Notes: generated by a model not told the origin, from the sequence alone. A stretch of 64,000 nucleotides of DNA from Eledone cirrhosa (GCA_964016885.1 OZ024745.1:117428001-117492000); one strand, 5' to 3'. Shown: positions 13,621 through 27,957, numbered from the stretch's first letter. Program-made: numbers and translations.

Positions 13621-13886
13621 ACAGCGTCGGACATGTATACCGAATATGGTGGAAGTGAGAACCATAATGGCTGATACATAGAATTTTTAACACAGTTGCC
13701 AGTCACATACACACAAATATAAATAACAAATATACAGCCATCTTTACGAAAGTAAGAGCGTAACGGCTTCCACTTTTAGTACAAACTGTTGTTACACATA
13801 CTATTTGAACATAATTTGTAGATAAGAAGAAATGACACCTATCTTTATAAAACCCATACAGTGTAATGATAGACAGATATATTGAT

Positions 13887-13918
<32 letters not shown>

Positions 13919-14111
13919 TTAACATCTGTTTTCCCTGCTAGCAAAGTTTGGACAGGGTGTCACTGATCATGTCAGTACTTAGAACCACTGACCTCTCAGA
14001 CAGGCCAGGGAGTGTCCATACTCTAAAGGGTGTATTGGATGTGTTTTATTGTGGCACCAGAACTAAGAAAGTTGTTATGTATTTGACATTTGTATGTATA
14101 TATGTGTCTCC

Positions 14112-14290
14112 AGTCAGTGAATTGGCAGTCATTACAACATCGGATAGAATGCCCTACAGTATTCGTCTCACCTCTTTGCGCCTTCTGAGTTCAAGTCCGT
14201 CGTGGTCAACTTTGCCTTTCCCCCTTTTGAGGTCGATAAAAAAAGTACCAGTCCAGTACTGGGGTCGATTCTTCCTCTATAGAAAAAATC
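14112..14290 (+). mobile_element. tRNA-related SINE
   Basis: gaattggcag..ctgagttcaa..caactttgcctttc..ggtcgataaa..gtaccagt, same family as 51157. Confidence 0.75.
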
Positions 14291-14686
14291 AGCAGTGTTC
14301 AGATCTGCAGAGAGTTGGGCTCCACCAGGTTTAAAAGTGCCCTAGACACGCTGTATGACGGTGCCTCTATGACTCCACAAGAAGTTATGGGACCTTTATT
14401 CTATATGTGTATCTATGTCCGTGTTCGCGTATATATCTGTGTCTGTATTTATGTCCTGTCACTTAGTAGTTCAACAAAAAGAGATAGATACAATAAGTGC
14501 CAGATTTGAAAAAAAATAAATCCTTTGAAGGTAGTGCTCTATGGCTATAGTTTAATGACTTAAACCAGTAAAATAATTAAAATAAATGAATTAATTGCCT
14601 CTACTACAAAATTAGAAAATAGTAATTGCCAATCTGACAGGAGATGACAAACCATGGGGAAGACCTCATAACATTCATTAAATTCA

Positions 14687-14990
14687 CATCATCATCATCA
14701 TCATTTTACGTCTGCTTTTCCCTGGTTGCAAGGGAGGGACAAGTCCCCTTCAGCACAGAATTTCTCCATTCGTCATCTCCGTGAGCTTCAGCGATCTAAG
14801 GTCAGCTCTCACCACCTCCACCCATGATTTCCGTGGTGTTCCTCTACTGCGTCTTCTTTCTAATGGGATTTCTTGACACTTCTTTACCCAGCGGTCATCC
14901 TCCATGCACATCACCTGTCCATACCAATGCCGTCTTCTCTCCCGCACACTACAGCTTATCCCTCTTATACACAGTTTCTCTCACATATCC
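14687..14990 (-). mobile_element. RTE 3' fragment with (GAT)n tail
   Basis: ERRRHWYGQVMCMEDD..GTPRKSW; tail closely similar to 10530-10600. Confidence 0.9.
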
Positions 14991-15015
14991 ACTATATAAA
15001 TGCTAGAAACAACAT

Positions 15016-15221
15016 TTAACCCTTTAGCATTTAAACCACTCATATCCAGCCAGAATTCTCTCACCTCTTTCTGTTCACACCAACTGTAACCAGCTGTTCA
15101 TAAAATAAATTGTTCTCAAAATAAATATCAAAATCTTGTAGATTCAATATTATGTGAGATAAAGCCTTTACCGTGAAAATTCAATAGTAAATATAGAGTA
15201 ATGTACATGATAAAGGGTTAA
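15016..15221. mobile_element. piggyBac-type MITE, family A
   Basis: TTAA-ccctttagcattta ... taaaggg-TTAA. Confidence 0.88.
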
Positions 15222-17029
15222 GCACTAGATAGAAAAAGGGTACAGTATATTGGAAATACAAGCCTTAACAAAAGCCAATAAATGATGATGGGCCTCTGTT
15301 TCAACAATGAACATTCCAATTGTTAAATCAATAGGACAGTCTTCTCATTAAATTAACTTGTAAGTGTCTAACCATTACAAAGATATGTGTACCCTTAATG
15401 TAATCCTCAGAGTGGTTCAGCTTAACACAGTATATAACAAGGCAAGGCCTTTTTAATTATGGATACACTCCATCCAACAGGCCTCCCAACAGTTTCTGCC
15501 TATCCAATTTCCTTCACAAATCAATGACACTTATTCGAGATGTTATGTAGTGATATCAAACTGGGACCTTACAATTTCAAAGCAAACCTCTTAAACATCT
15601 GGCCATGCAGTGTTCTAAAAGCCAGTAACATCATCATAATAAGCATACATACATAGGCACTGGCATAGCTGTGTGGTTAGGAAGTTTTCTATGCAACCAC
15701 ATAGTTCTGGGTTTGGTCCTTCTTTAAGGCACCATGGGGAAAAATGTCATCTACTACAGATATAGGTTAACCAATGTCTTGTGAGCAAAATTTGGCCAAT
15801 AGAAACTGTGTGACAGCCTATCATATATATATGAGCAAGATATGGTCACCTTATCTGACTTGACTCACGTCAGGACAACTCATTTGACATATGCTGGCAT
15901 GGACGGTGGACATTAAACGATCATGATGATATATAACTTTGATAACTTTTGGCCAGTATTGGCCCAGGCCATGTCTAACTTAATAGCACCACCTGGCTAT
16001 ATATATATATATATTATATATGTGTGTGTGTGTGTGTATACCAGATTTTAAAAGAGATACATAGTATATCATAAATGATGACTGAAAGTGCATCAAGCCA
16101 TAAAATACTGCCTCAAAATGTTCTGTCCAGCACATGTTAGCATTGAAAAACAGATGTAAAAATGATGATGAATGTTGAAATGTATATGTGTGCTTGTCTT
16201 TCTCTCCATACCTGTTTATATTTGCCTGTATAAACTGGGCTGTTGAGTTTTATCATTTCCTATACAACATATAACTTAGTGAATTAATAAAAACTAGACT
16301 GATAAGTGTACTGGGGTGGATATGATCAGCTAAAGCATTTGAAGGTGGTATCCTAGCATAGCCATAGTAACTGAAACTGAAACCAATAAAATATTAAATA
16401 CATAAATATAGACTATGGTTAAATAATTAATTCCACAATCCACAACCATACACATCTGAGTTTGATCCCACTGAGAAAAACTCTGGACAAATGTCTTCTA
16501 TTGCTTCTATTGCAATTTTGGATTGAATAATGCATTGAATGAAATTAGATAACAAAAACTATACAGAAGTTTGTATTTATATTTGTATGTGTGTCTATCT
16601 GTATCTGGCTATGCCAGTGTAAACCAATGCATCGAATCGAATCCCTTTATATCAAATAGTAATTTAGAGGTATGAGACTGAAAGTTGATATAATTGGCAA
16701 AACCCTAGAATGCATGGACCTAGTGCTGCAACAGTCCAATCACTTAAACCAAATAAAACAATATTATCTAACCTTACTAATTGTTCCAACAGGTTACACA
16801 TCCCAAGTATAAGATCATAAAACACCCTTAAATGACATTATTGGAGCAGACTTCAATGAACAGTATATGTCACAACTAAGGTTCCTGTAGTAGAACATGT
16901 AAAACTAGCTAGTCCCGTGGCATCAAAAATGATGGCTAATTGTAATATCTATACATGATATAAAAAAAGAGATGTTTGTTGGTTGGCTGGCTGGTTCCTT
17001 TGCACTCATGCAAGTGATACAAACACACA

Positions 17030-17448
17030 GCTGTAACGAATCTTACAACCCTAGACTTCCATAATTTCTAAACCCCCCCCCCCCCCTCCTTCCTCAGTCA
17101 TCACATAGATGTGTGTGTATGTAATAATAATTTTTTCTATGTGTATGTTTATATATATGTATGTGTTTGTAATTCTATTGTTTATGTATCTTTCTAAATA
17201 AACACACATACACTCACATAAATATTATATATAAATATAATTTACGCAAGCACACATATACACACACACAAACACTCACATAATCATAACAGCCAATGTG
17301 TGTAGCCAATTCGCTATACATATAGATCCCTTCCTTCCTCAGTCGATGTAATCACCCCTTCCTTCCTCAGTCGATGTAATCACCCCTTCCTTCCTCAGTC
17401 ATCTCTACTGCATTACAGACAAATACACAAGGCTATTATATTAGTAGA
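17030..17448 (-). mobile_element. Probable Helitron-type fragment containing a 28-bp tandem repeat (17328-17400)
   Basis: Minus strand starts tctactaatataatag..tttgtctgt, like the other Helitron 5' ends here; cccttccttcctcagtcgatgtaatcac occurs about 2.6 times. Confidence 0.5.
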
Positions 17449-18895
17449 TTGTTTACCTTGGGTGGTCCTCGCTGGTCATCTCTCTATCTACTTATGTGAC
17501 CTGATGTAAGCATGAAAATTAACCTAAATAAATCACTGAGGGAAATTATTCAAAGATACCAGTCACACTCCCTACTCACTGCTATTGGGGCGGAATTGGC
17601 GGCCTGTAAGTGCCAACCCTCCGAGGCAAAGTAGCTGTTCCAGTGCATCTCTTTTGCCATCCTCTAGAGTAATGTCTTGTCCATCCTGTCTGTCTTCAGA
17701 ATTACAAGATGGACTAGCCCTTAAGTTTCATTTATAGGGGTGGAATAAATTTACTTAAGCTTTGGCATAGTTACTTCTTCAAATCTATATTCTTATATTT
17801 CCATGATTTCTTTAACTTTGAAACACAACAATCACTGACGGAGCAATCTGTGTTAACATTACTGTTGTTGGTGAATGACACTAACAGATAGTTAAGTTTG
17901 TGTTTAAACTGGCTATATCTGGCCAGAATTCTCTCACCTCTTTCTGTTCAAACCGGCCATAACTAGCTGCTCATACTGATGTATAATAAATAAATAATAT
18001 AAAATACTGATGTATAAATAAATAATATAAAAATCTCATAGATTCGATATTATGTGAAATAAAGTGTTTACCATGAAAATATGATAGTAAATATAGAGTA
18101 ATGTAAATGCTAAAGGATTAATGCGATGAGCATCAAAATATTAATTAAAAATAATTGTATGGTGCAGAAATTCAATTACTATTAATAATTTTGGCGAGTA
18201 TAAGAGACAACTTTGAACTTATTTCTTATTAGATTTCTGCAACAAAATGTACACCTCACTACATCTTCCCAAGTAAACGTACAAGAGTATGCATGGAAAT
18301 TAGCATAATTAGCATAATTTTTCAAGCTGATTGTATCTCCAAGTAACTTCCTTTAAGCAATTCTCTCCAAATTCTTGACTATTTTCAAAGTTATTTGGGA
18401 AATATAGACAGTATCTTTCATTAGAAAGGGATAGTGTCATCTTGTATGTTTGTAACTACACTATATTTCATGTAGAATATTCTCTATTCACCTTCAGATT
18501 CCATATTTATATATACATATATAAGAAGCAATTAAATTTAAAAATAGAATCACATATATAGGGGTGGCGAGAAAACATTAGCACATGGATTAATATTAAT
18601 TAATCCTCTCATTACCAATCTGTCTCGATTGCCCCCCCCCCCCCCCCCCCCGCTTCTATGTTACAAAACTGTTTGTTAAGTGTTTATATTTATCTAAAAA
18701 CCTTCCATCATAATTTTAGGTAAAAACCTTTTTTTATGTTTGGGGAAGATAGTAAAACACACTCACTGTTTGGTTTGGGTTGGTTTTCACTTCAGTATAT
18801 TTTTTAAAAAATATTTTATAATTAATTCAGCTATCAATCAATGTATATTATTGATTGACCAACAGTTCAAAATATAGATATAAATATAAATATAG

Positions 18896-18942
18896 TTTCT
18901 CAGAGTTCATTCGTCACACAACTGTGACATCATCAGTGATGT
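18896..18942 (-). ncRNA. Type I hammerhead-ribozyme-like motif at a PLE 3' end (degenerate)
   Basis: Minus strand: tca-CTGATGA-t-GTCACA-gttg-TGTGAC-GAAtgaa-CTC-tga; perfect 6-bp stem II, disrupted GAAA/stem III. Confidence 0.6.
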
Positions 18943-19109
18943 TTCTATGTTTCTTCTCGTTGTATTCTTGTAATGTTTTCTTATTCTATTTTTATTTATT
19001 TATTTATGTCTCTGTTTGTGTGAGTGTTTATGTGTAGGGGTTTTTATTGTATCTGTATAATTATTTATATTTATCTTTGATCACTATTGTGTGTTAGCGT
19101 ATGGTTGTT

Positions 19110-20150
19110 GTTATTCCATTCATGTTTTCTGTTCAGCCTAGGTTTTCTTAATTCTATTTCTGTAGCTTCCCTAATTTGTCTAATTGTCGAGTCATTCCTA
19201 TGTTTAAATATTATTTTGATTTCTATGTTGTCTATATTACCATCATTTCTATGTTGTCTATATTACCATCATTTCTAGGTTGTCTATATTACCATCATCT
19301 TAATCTGGCATGTTCATTTAGTACTGAATTGTCTTTTTGTCCTTTTAGTTCACTCCAGTGTTGGTCTACCCTCTCTCTTCTGTATGTCCTTGTCATGTTT
19401 CTGCAAGTACCCTCTGTACATCTTATGCTATAGACTACATTTTTAGTTTTACAATTTATTTGAGGATTCATTCTACATATAACACATTTCTTATTCATAC
19501 AGTAGGTTTTCTTAAAGGGGTAAGTTTTACTGATCAGGGATTTTATGGTAGTTCCTGGCTTTTCTACTGCTTTAATCTTTAAATAGGTCTTTCTTAGGGC
19601 CTTTCTACGTTGGTTAGCTAATTTCCCTCCAGGGTAGCGTCCACGAACACGACACTATGGTATCTCCGGTTGTTGAACCATGAGTTGGCTTTCCCTATCT
19701 TTTGTTTAGTCCTATCTATGCTATTCCATGATTTGATCATGTCCATCTCTATGAGGGTCTTATATTTCTCCGTGGCTCCTTTGTATACTCTGATTCTGAC
19801 TCTTTGGTTGTAGCCAGTTCAATTGGATCACATATGTGGGACACATTCTTCATCACTCTTACTAAGTCTATGATCAGGATATTAAACTTTGCACTATTGG
19901 ACATCACTGAGTTTTTGTGTATACGGTATTTAGAGGCCATGGGTTTAGCATAATGTGAGTGGAGGATTTGTGTTTTCTCGTTTATAACATGCTACCAGAG
20001 TTCAGTGTCTAATACTGGTAGTCTATTGTTAGGGTGTTTAGAAGGGTAGTCAATAGTTACTGTGATGCTCTGGTGCATGGAATTAGCTATTTGCTGGATG
20101 CTCTCCGTGGTGTTAGCTTCTAATTCAGGTTTATTGGTGCTTAATGTTAT
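19110..20150 (-). mobile_element. Penelope-like element fragment (end of RT plus GIY-YIG endonuclease)
   Basis: TIDYPSKHPNNRLPVLDTELW; CVIC..NCKTKNVVYSIRC..ERVDQH..SVLNEH; C-terminal RQIREATEIELRKPRLNRKHEW; a 26-bp tandem triplication at 19220-19297. Confidence 0.9.
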
Positions 20151-20924
20151 ATTATGTTCTAAATACCAGCTTAATAATGAGAAAATTAGTTCTAGGAAAT
20201 CCCTAAATCCTTCCAAATTCTTGATTATTTTCAAAAATCAAAGGCAATGCATTTCATTATAAATATGGTAACATAAGGTTAAATCTGATTTTTGGTAACC
20301 ATGGTGACAACTCAGCGTATGTTTTGGCCTTAGATTTGCTCAGCAAAGCTTAACCTTTTCCTGGACATATCAGACTGGATATACAAGAATCACTATAGAC
20401 AGTGAGTAAAAGCAGTCTGATTTATAGGGATGAGGGACTCACTATTCTCCATATGTTGTAGGTTGTGCTCTTTGCTTGTGCAACTGCAGTACAATTATGA
20501 ATGAAGTATTTGAGGAATTTTGAGTCATCTGGTATGTTTGTGTGAGAGATATGGAAGAACATATCTAAGCGGATGGTCTCTATAACCTATTTTGCTGTTA
20601 GAGTCAGCGGGAGTTAGCAGCTGATTTAAAGTGCCAGAGGGTTCAGTAGGGATGTGGAGTATGTAGAAGTTGTATTTACTCATAAGTTTCGAATAATTTC
20701 GCCCAACCTTATTAATCTCTTAGATTTTCTTCAAACCCGCTTATTAAATTTTGCTAATCTATCTCTGGTGAAATTTTATTTTAAGTGGTAGCATTCTTGT
20801 GACAATTTTCTTTAGACATTAAAAAACATAATACATGACAAAAAAAAAAGAACATTGCTAGAAATCTCATATGTTATGAAATAAATATGGGTTGGGGCCT
20901 CAATATGTACACTAAACAACTAAT

Positions 20925-22040
20925 TCATCATCATCATTTTACGTCTGCTTTTCCCTGCCTGCAAGGGTGGGACAGGTCCTATTCAGCACAGCATCTCTCC
21001 ATTCATCATGGTCCTTCGTCATCTCCTCCGTGAGCTTCAGCAATCTGAAGTTAGCGCTCACCACCTCCACCCATGATTTTCGTGGTCTTGCTCTCCTGTG
21101 TCAGTTTCTCTCTCAACTCGTCTATGCTTGGTCATTCACGCACATTGACATTTCACAACCAACGGAGCATGCTTGCTTCATTTCTCTCCAGCCATCGCAT
21201 ATCCTCCACAGTTGCTGCCCATGTCTCACTACCATGCAGCATCGCGCATCTCACACAGGCATCATATAACCAACTTTTCGTTCATAGGGAGAAACCTTTT
21301 TTGTCAACAGAAGAAGCAGCTCCCTGCATTTGAAAAATGTGTCTATCACTGCGACTTTTACTGTTAAATTTGCTTGATATACCACTACATCTCTTGTGTA
21401 CCCAAGATCTGCATTGTGTACATTCTATAGAATTTATGCCAACTCCTTTTCTACATATCGAACATGGCCATTTCCCTGATGGAATCAGAGTTTTGTCCTC
21501 TTTCGTACTTATCAACACTTTAGTCTTAGTTATGTTCACTCTCAGTCCCCTTGGTTCCAACTGCTGTTTCCATAGCCAGAATTTATTCTCTAGCTCCTCT
21601 ACTGATTCTGCTATAAGTACCAGATTGGCAGCATAGAGAAGTTCCCATGGACAGCCAGTCATAAACTCCTCTGTTATGGCTTGGAGAACTATAATGAATA
21701 AGAGTGGGCTGAGGACCGAACCCTGATGCACTCCCATCCTACATTCCTACTCTCACTTTACTGACAGCACCTCTGTACATAGCTTGCACTGTCCTCACAA
21801 GCTGTTCCGTTACACCTAGTTTCCTCAGGGACCACCAGATGACAGATCGGGATACTCCATCAAAGGCCTTCTCTAGATCAACAAAAGCTAAGTATAGTGG
21901 CTTATTCTTCTCTAAGAACCTCTCTTGTAGTTGTCTCACTAAGAAGAGGGCATCTGTTGTACTTTTCCCAGGCACAAAACCAAACTGCATCTTATCTAAT
22001 TTGACCCTTTCTCTAATTAGTTGTGCTAGTATTCTTTCTG
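20925..22040 (-). mobile_element. RTE LINE, 5'-truncated and internally deleted
   Basis: MQFGFVPGKSTTDALF..DLEKAFD, GVHQGSVLSP, YAAN; (GAT)n tail; very similar to 10530-11950. Confidence 0.93.
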
Positions 22041-22269
22041 GTTTTTTAAAAATTCAAGGGAGACAACCTAGAAAACTATCGATTTTCCAACCCCACCCAA
22101 TTATTCCAACACACCCCTATTATTTGGGACCCAGAAACAGGTCAAACAGAAATGTTACAGAAAAGCCCTTTAAAGAAATGGCAAGTCCTTTAGATGGCCT
22201 AATTTATTCTAGATAATAAATAAACAAGAATAGTAAGAAAAATTAAATAATGAAAAGGGGAGAAGCGGA

Positions 22270-22795
22270 AAAGCTGGTGTAGTAATACGCCAGCTTCAGT
22301 AATCAGAAGAAGGGAAGTAGGCGTAAAAGCCAAACTCGGTTTTCGTGCCAACCCTTACCTATGGTCATGAATCTTGGGTAATGACCAAAAGAATATGATC
22401 GCGAATACAAGTGGCCGAAATGGGATTCCTCCGAAGGGTCTTTGGAGTAATGTTAATCAATAAAGTGCGTAGCTCAGAGATCTGTGAGTCACTCCAGGTA
22501 GAGCCACCACATCTCTGAATTGAGAGATCACAGCTCCGATACTATGGCCATGTGGTTAGAATGTCTTAGGAAAGAATAACTGGACAGATTTGACGGGCAA
22601 ATTCAACCAGCAGGAGGCCCAGGGGTAGACCACGAGCAAGATTGGTTGGATAACGTCTATGAGCTTGGCTGGTCACGCTTGGGGATCCAGCCAGATCAGT
22701 TGGAGATGGTTGATTCTGACAGGACCCGCTGGAAGGAGTTATTTGAGGACTCTGTCTCCACAACCTTCCCAGGAATAAGTGGGCGAAGAAGAAAA
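22270..22795 (+). mobile_element. Expander/Rex3-type RTE 3' fragment
   Basis: VPTLTYGHESWVMT..RIQVAEMGFLRRV..QLRYYGHVVRM..GRRPRGRPRARW; (GAA)n-type tail. Confidence 0.88.
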
Positions 22796-23404
22796 AGGGG
22801 GAAGGGAGAGGCTGACTCTACACCCTGGTTGGGTGGAATATCTCAGCTGTGCTCTGTGGATATGATGGCAAAAGTATTATTGCAGAGAATAGATGCCCAT
22901 ATCCACTGCATCAGCCATTCCACCTTACTGGGGATCTTACCTCGAGCAGGATACACTTCTCCTGATTTTGTAGAGGAAAATGTCAGATTGGTGAATGAGG
23001 ACATCTGAGGTCTCAACAGTGACTAGCATAAAACGAAAACAGTCAATTAAGTTCTAGTTATATCAGAGATTGTCTGAGGTTTGTCTTCAACACAATGGAA
23101 GTAAGAGACAGAAATATGAGCAATGCCACTTATCTCATATTAATAGAATTTAGAATATCATTATATTTATTGATTAACATTTAATTAATTAAACCTTATT
23201 CTCAGGAATAAGTGGGTGAAGAAAAATAAAGAGACCTTTCATAATAATTGCATATCTCACAAAAGTTAATTATGGAAGTTTATAAGTATCTACTTCTCTA
23301 TAGATTTAACTACTTATTGATTTCTAGACTCAGATATCAATTTAGGTAAACAATAATTTAATTTTCCCTTGCATATATATAATTTTGGTATTTTACTTGA
23401 AAGT

Positions 23405-23592
23405 AATAATTGTTTCTACTTTTTGGCACAAGGCCAGTAATTATCCTAGTACATTACTGGTGCTTTATTTTATCGACCCCGTAAGGATGAAAGGCAAAGT
23501 TAACCTCGGCGGGAATTGAATTCAGATCATAAAGGGACGTAACTATGCTGGAAAGCATAATCCAACCCTCTACCGATACTGCCAATTCACTG
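23405..23592 (-). mobile_element. tRNA-related SINE
   Basis: Reverse-complement match to 51157-51350. Confidence 0.85.
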
Positions 23593-24909
23593 TAATAATG
23601 CTTCAACAGTAGCTGTACTCCAAATCTAATTAGTTGTTCTTTGTCTTATCCTTGGCAAATAAATAACATTTCAAAAAAGTTATGAATTCCATTAAACATA
23701 TTACTATTGGATTTTATTCATTGAAATTTTAATAATTACTAATTAATTAAGCACATATCTAATTTCAGTAAGCCAATTGTTCATCTCCTTATCAAATAAT
23801 ACATGCATTTTTTCACTAAAATAAACTTTGCTTCTCTAGGAATCAATTTGATAGAATATCCTTAACAATATTCCTGAAAGTCTGTCCTCTTTTACATTTA
23901 TACATTGTTTTTTAACATCACATAATCCATCAGTCTTTTGGAGACAGCATCACTTTCCTCTGAATCATCACTCAGGATCTGATATCATCATCATGTGACT
24001 GTTTTCCATGCTCATATGGTTTAGATGAGTTGTCAGAACCTGAGGCTAGGGTCAGAGAAGCAGAGGGATTGGATTGAGAGGGTAGCAGAAAGGAAGGAGG
24101 GGAAGAGAGCATGCTTGATTAGTACGGAGCTAAATATAAGAGATAATACATGGTGACAAGCATCAAAATGGATGTAGCAAATAATTTAAATATGATTGAG
24201 CTGTAAAACATGTGTTTGGAATAGCCAAGTATGACATTTATAACAGAAGAAGTGCTTAGAATAAAAAATAGAAAATCATCTGATTCAATGTGTGTGAAAT
24301 ATCTAATTTAAACAAAAGTTGTTCATAAACAGTTATGTGGAGCAATTTGTGTTACTTAAGAAATTAAAAATGTTCTTACTAATTATAAGCATATATATCA
24401 GGTCTTTGAATGCAGAGAACAATGCAATAAATTATTTTGGGTGTTTAACAGTGATAGGGCTGGTAGAGTAGGCATATTGTTTGTGTAGAGATAAGGTGAA
24501 TGAAGTACTCAGAGTATCCATTAGAATAAGCTTAGACTAGTCATAGAGAAAACAACAACGAGGCTTTTCTATAGACAACTAGTGACTTTAGTCGAAATGC
24601 TGTGTAACACAATGATGGTTTCTTTGGTGTACATGGAGACATTGAGAACAGTATGAGAAATCAGGTGTGATCAAATCTGAAATTAGCTGATGAAAATGAC
24701 CTAACCATTGTGAATACACAAATCAGACAGAATTTATTCTCATCAGGGAAAGAGATATACAGATGGTTGTAAATGGTAACCTGCTCTCTGGTGAATAATG
24801 TAAGAACTAGACAGGCTCAGAAACAGAAACCATTTCTGAGAAGAAAGACATAGAAACCAGTCACAAATCAGAGAATTTCTTTTTGACAGAAGATATGACA
24901 CAATAGGAT

Positions 24910-25109
24910 TTAAGCCTTTAGCATTTAAACCAGCTGTATCCAGCCAGAATACTCACAACTCTTTCTGTTCAAACTGGCTTTAACTGGCCACTCATACTCA
25001 TGTTAAAGTATTGTTCTCAAAATAAATAATATCAAAATCTCATAGATTCAATATTATGTGAGATAAAGTGTTTACCACGAAAATACAATAGTAAATGCTA
25101 AAGGGTTAA
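24910..25109. mobile_element. piggyBac-type MITE, family A
   Basis: TTAA ends and a body matching 10064-10279. Confidence 0.85.
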
Positions 25110-25907
25110 ATACAAAATTCATAGGGTTGCAATGAAATCCTTATGTGAAAAACTTAATTGCAATTCTGAATTGTTAATTATACTGGACATACTAGTAGCA
25201 GAGTGATTTGGTTTCTTAGAAAATTGAGGACTTATATCTTGATGATAAAGTCATTTGTCTAGAAAAGACAATTTTGATGAAACACAAGGAGTGAAATCTC
25301 AAAAAGCTACCAAAGCTGAACAATTAGACATGTATGATCTATGTTGTATTCAATATGGAATATAGGTTAGATTTATAAAGAAAACTAAGAATGAAAAGTA
25401 TCAAATGTTACTTAAACAAAATAAAAATATCCTGGTGAATAGACAATTACTGTGATAGTAGGCCAAGAGGGTTACTAAAAAGAGAGATAACCACTGTTGG
25501 CTTAGCGGACAAAACAAAACATAACACCGATGATGGTGAGTAGTGATAAAATGTGTGTTTATTTTCTGGGTTATAATCGAAGAACTTTTGATTTAGTTTA
25601 AAGGTTTGTTTACAGATGATAATGTTAAATACCGTCTAATGAATATAAGATTATTATCAGGATAAGGAATGTATGCCAATACCAATGCAACACTAGTAGA
25701 TAGTTTTGATAATATATGACCATATTGCCAAGTTGTGAATGTCAAAGTTACTATATATTATATTATCATCATCATCACGTCCACTTTTCCATATTGGCAT
25801 GGTTTGTACAGGATGTTTTGAGGCATATGTTATGTATTGTAAAATTTTATAAGAGTCTATTTTACTATAACAAAAATCTTCTACTTTAAAAGGAAATCTG
25901 TTTTATC

Positions 25908-26125
25908 TTAACCCTTTAATGTTCAAACCGGCCAGAATTCTCTACCTTTATCTGTTGAAACTGGCTGTAACTGGTCGTTCAAACTGATGTTAAGGTATTG
26001 TTCTCAAAATAAATACTTACAAAATCTCATAGATTCGATATTATGTGAGATAATTATGCGAGATAAAGCCTTTACCATGAAAATATAATAGTATATATAG
26101 AGTAATGTGAATACTAAAGGGTTAA
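25908..26125. mobile_element. piggyBac-type MITE, family A
   Basis: TTAA-cccttta ... taaaggg-TTAA, body matching 10064-10279. Confidence 0.85.
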
Positions 26126-26145
26126 AGTATAAGGACTACCTATTA

Positions 26146-26773
26146 TCTATATATATATAAAACTGAGGATGTCTGTCTGTCTGTGTGTGTGTCTGTGAGT
26201 TTGAATCCCTAAAACTCGAGAAGTACCCAACTGATCTTTTTCAAACTTTACATGTGTATTACTTATGTTTCAGGGAGTGTTATGCACATAAAACTCAACT
26301 TTTTGATCCCCTAGGGCCCGCATTAGGTGAAAATTAGGTTTTTCTTTAGGTGTTACGTCAGACCGATTTCCTTGAAATTGTAACTATGTATTAGTCAGTC
26401 TCTTCTTCATACCGTGAGCAAAGAAAATCCAACTTTTTTATGGCCTAGGGCCCGCATTAGGTGAAAAACTTCATTTTTTCAGCTTCTTAGGGCTTTATTG
26501 AGGCGTCACGTCTAGCTGATTTTCCCGAAATTTCAAGGCATATTATGCACATAAAAAAAATTCATTTTCTTGATCCCCTAGGGCCCACATTAGGTGAAAA
26601 CCTGCATTTTTCCTGCTTCATCGAGGAAAATCTTAAAGATTTTCTAGCCATGAGAGTATTCGGTTTATTTTCTTTACATATTGCCCAGGCATGCAGTTTT
26701 TCCACAATTAGGTCTGTTGGCGGCCCACGTTCCAAAATACCTTATCCCGTGCAACGCCGAGTATCACTGCTAG
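26146..26773 (+). mobile_element. Non-autonomous Helitron
   Basis: A|TC 5' end followed by (tgtc)n, internal repeats of ctagggcccgcattaggtgaaaa, subterminal GC-rich motif cccgtgcaacgccga and a CTAG|T 3' end. Confidence 0.88.
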
Positions 26774-27544
26774 TGTCATATAAAACATGTTTTTAATAAC
26801 CTAGAATCATAGAAAGAAAAATATGTAATTGTCTATCTAGCTTAACAAAAAGAACATTCTTTTGTTCTTTTATAAAATATGACTTAGCACTTGATATATA
26901 TAATTAACATAGTTTATTGTTACAGTATTCCTTAAAGAAAGGCTTTATTTTTGTATTTTGTTTAATTATGCAGTTAATTAGATGTTTATCTTATTTAAGC
27001 AATTTACTTTTTAAAAACTCGTTAGTATTGATATTTTTATATCTATTTTATAAATATAATTAAGCATTAAACATTCTTATACAGTTTCAAATTTTATTTA
27101 GGAAAATAAAAAGACCATAAGCTAAATAATTTTATTTTATTCAGAACATTTTTGCAACTCAGCTCCTGTTTCATAAAATGATCCATAATTATTCATATTG
27201 TTATTAATTATTTGGACTTCAAATACTTTGTTCCCTTGGGAGTAAAAGAACAAAATTGAAAGATTAGAAGAGTTTTAAGCATTCTTTACATTTAAATAAC
27301 ATTGTTGCATGCAAGCAATTATATTTTGTGGCTATTGTAGAATTATGAACATTTTGAATAATTTTAAATATAGTAGTGCAAACATGCTATCTTGAAGATA
27401 GTATATTTATTTAGTACATGAATGCACACACAGATACAACATAACCACATGCGCATGCACTCACACAAACACATACATACATACAAATAGAGTCTCACAT
27501 TTTGAAAAAGGCAAATCATAAAATATCTCTTGGTGAAAGCAATG

Positions 27545-27575
27545 GATATGTTTCAGTCTTATTAGATCTTCTCAG
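27545..27575 (-). ncRNA. Degenerate hammerhead-like motif (copy A of a pair)
   Basis: Minus strand: CTGAgaa-gatct-aata-agact-GAAA-cata-TC. Confidence 0.45.
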
Positions 27576-27926
27576 TAAAACATATTCAAGTTGCTAAGGC
27601 TAGAATTTGGTCAAATATATATAGGAGAGGCGAGGGAAATTATTCTCTTATGTGTATCAACAAAAGTAGAAACAATCACCGAGGAGAGTACTTTTTGAAT
27701 TGAAAGTATACCAGTAAAGTCTTGCAATCTGAATATGGCAAGTGGAAAATATACTTCAATCACCTGAGACTTTCCTTGTAATCTCAAGACCAAAACTCCC
27801 TTATTGTTCAGATCATGAAAAGCAAACAGGAAAATAACTTTAGTCATAGTTGACCCAAGTTTTGTGGAACATTTTTAAACAATGCATTGGGAGTAGACCT
27901 TGTCTATAAGCCAACCTAGAGAAAGG

Positions 27927-27957
27927 GACATGTTTCAGTTTTACTAGATCTCTTCAG
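27927..27957 (-). ncRNA. Degenerate hammerhead-like motif (copy B of a pair)
   Basis: Minus strand: CTGAAGA-gatct-agta-aaact-GAAA-CATG-TC; intact core nucleotides and palindromic stem III, but stems I and II are decayed. Confidence 0.55.

Noticed and set aside
13560-13705. HDV-like ribozyme at the RTE 5' end
   Set aside because: A short hairpin around gtccgacgc exists on the minus strand, but I could not build the nested double pseudoknot.
25520-25562. ccgatgatggtgagtagtgataaaatgtgtg as a decayed hammerhead
   Set aside because: Too many core and stem mismatches to support.
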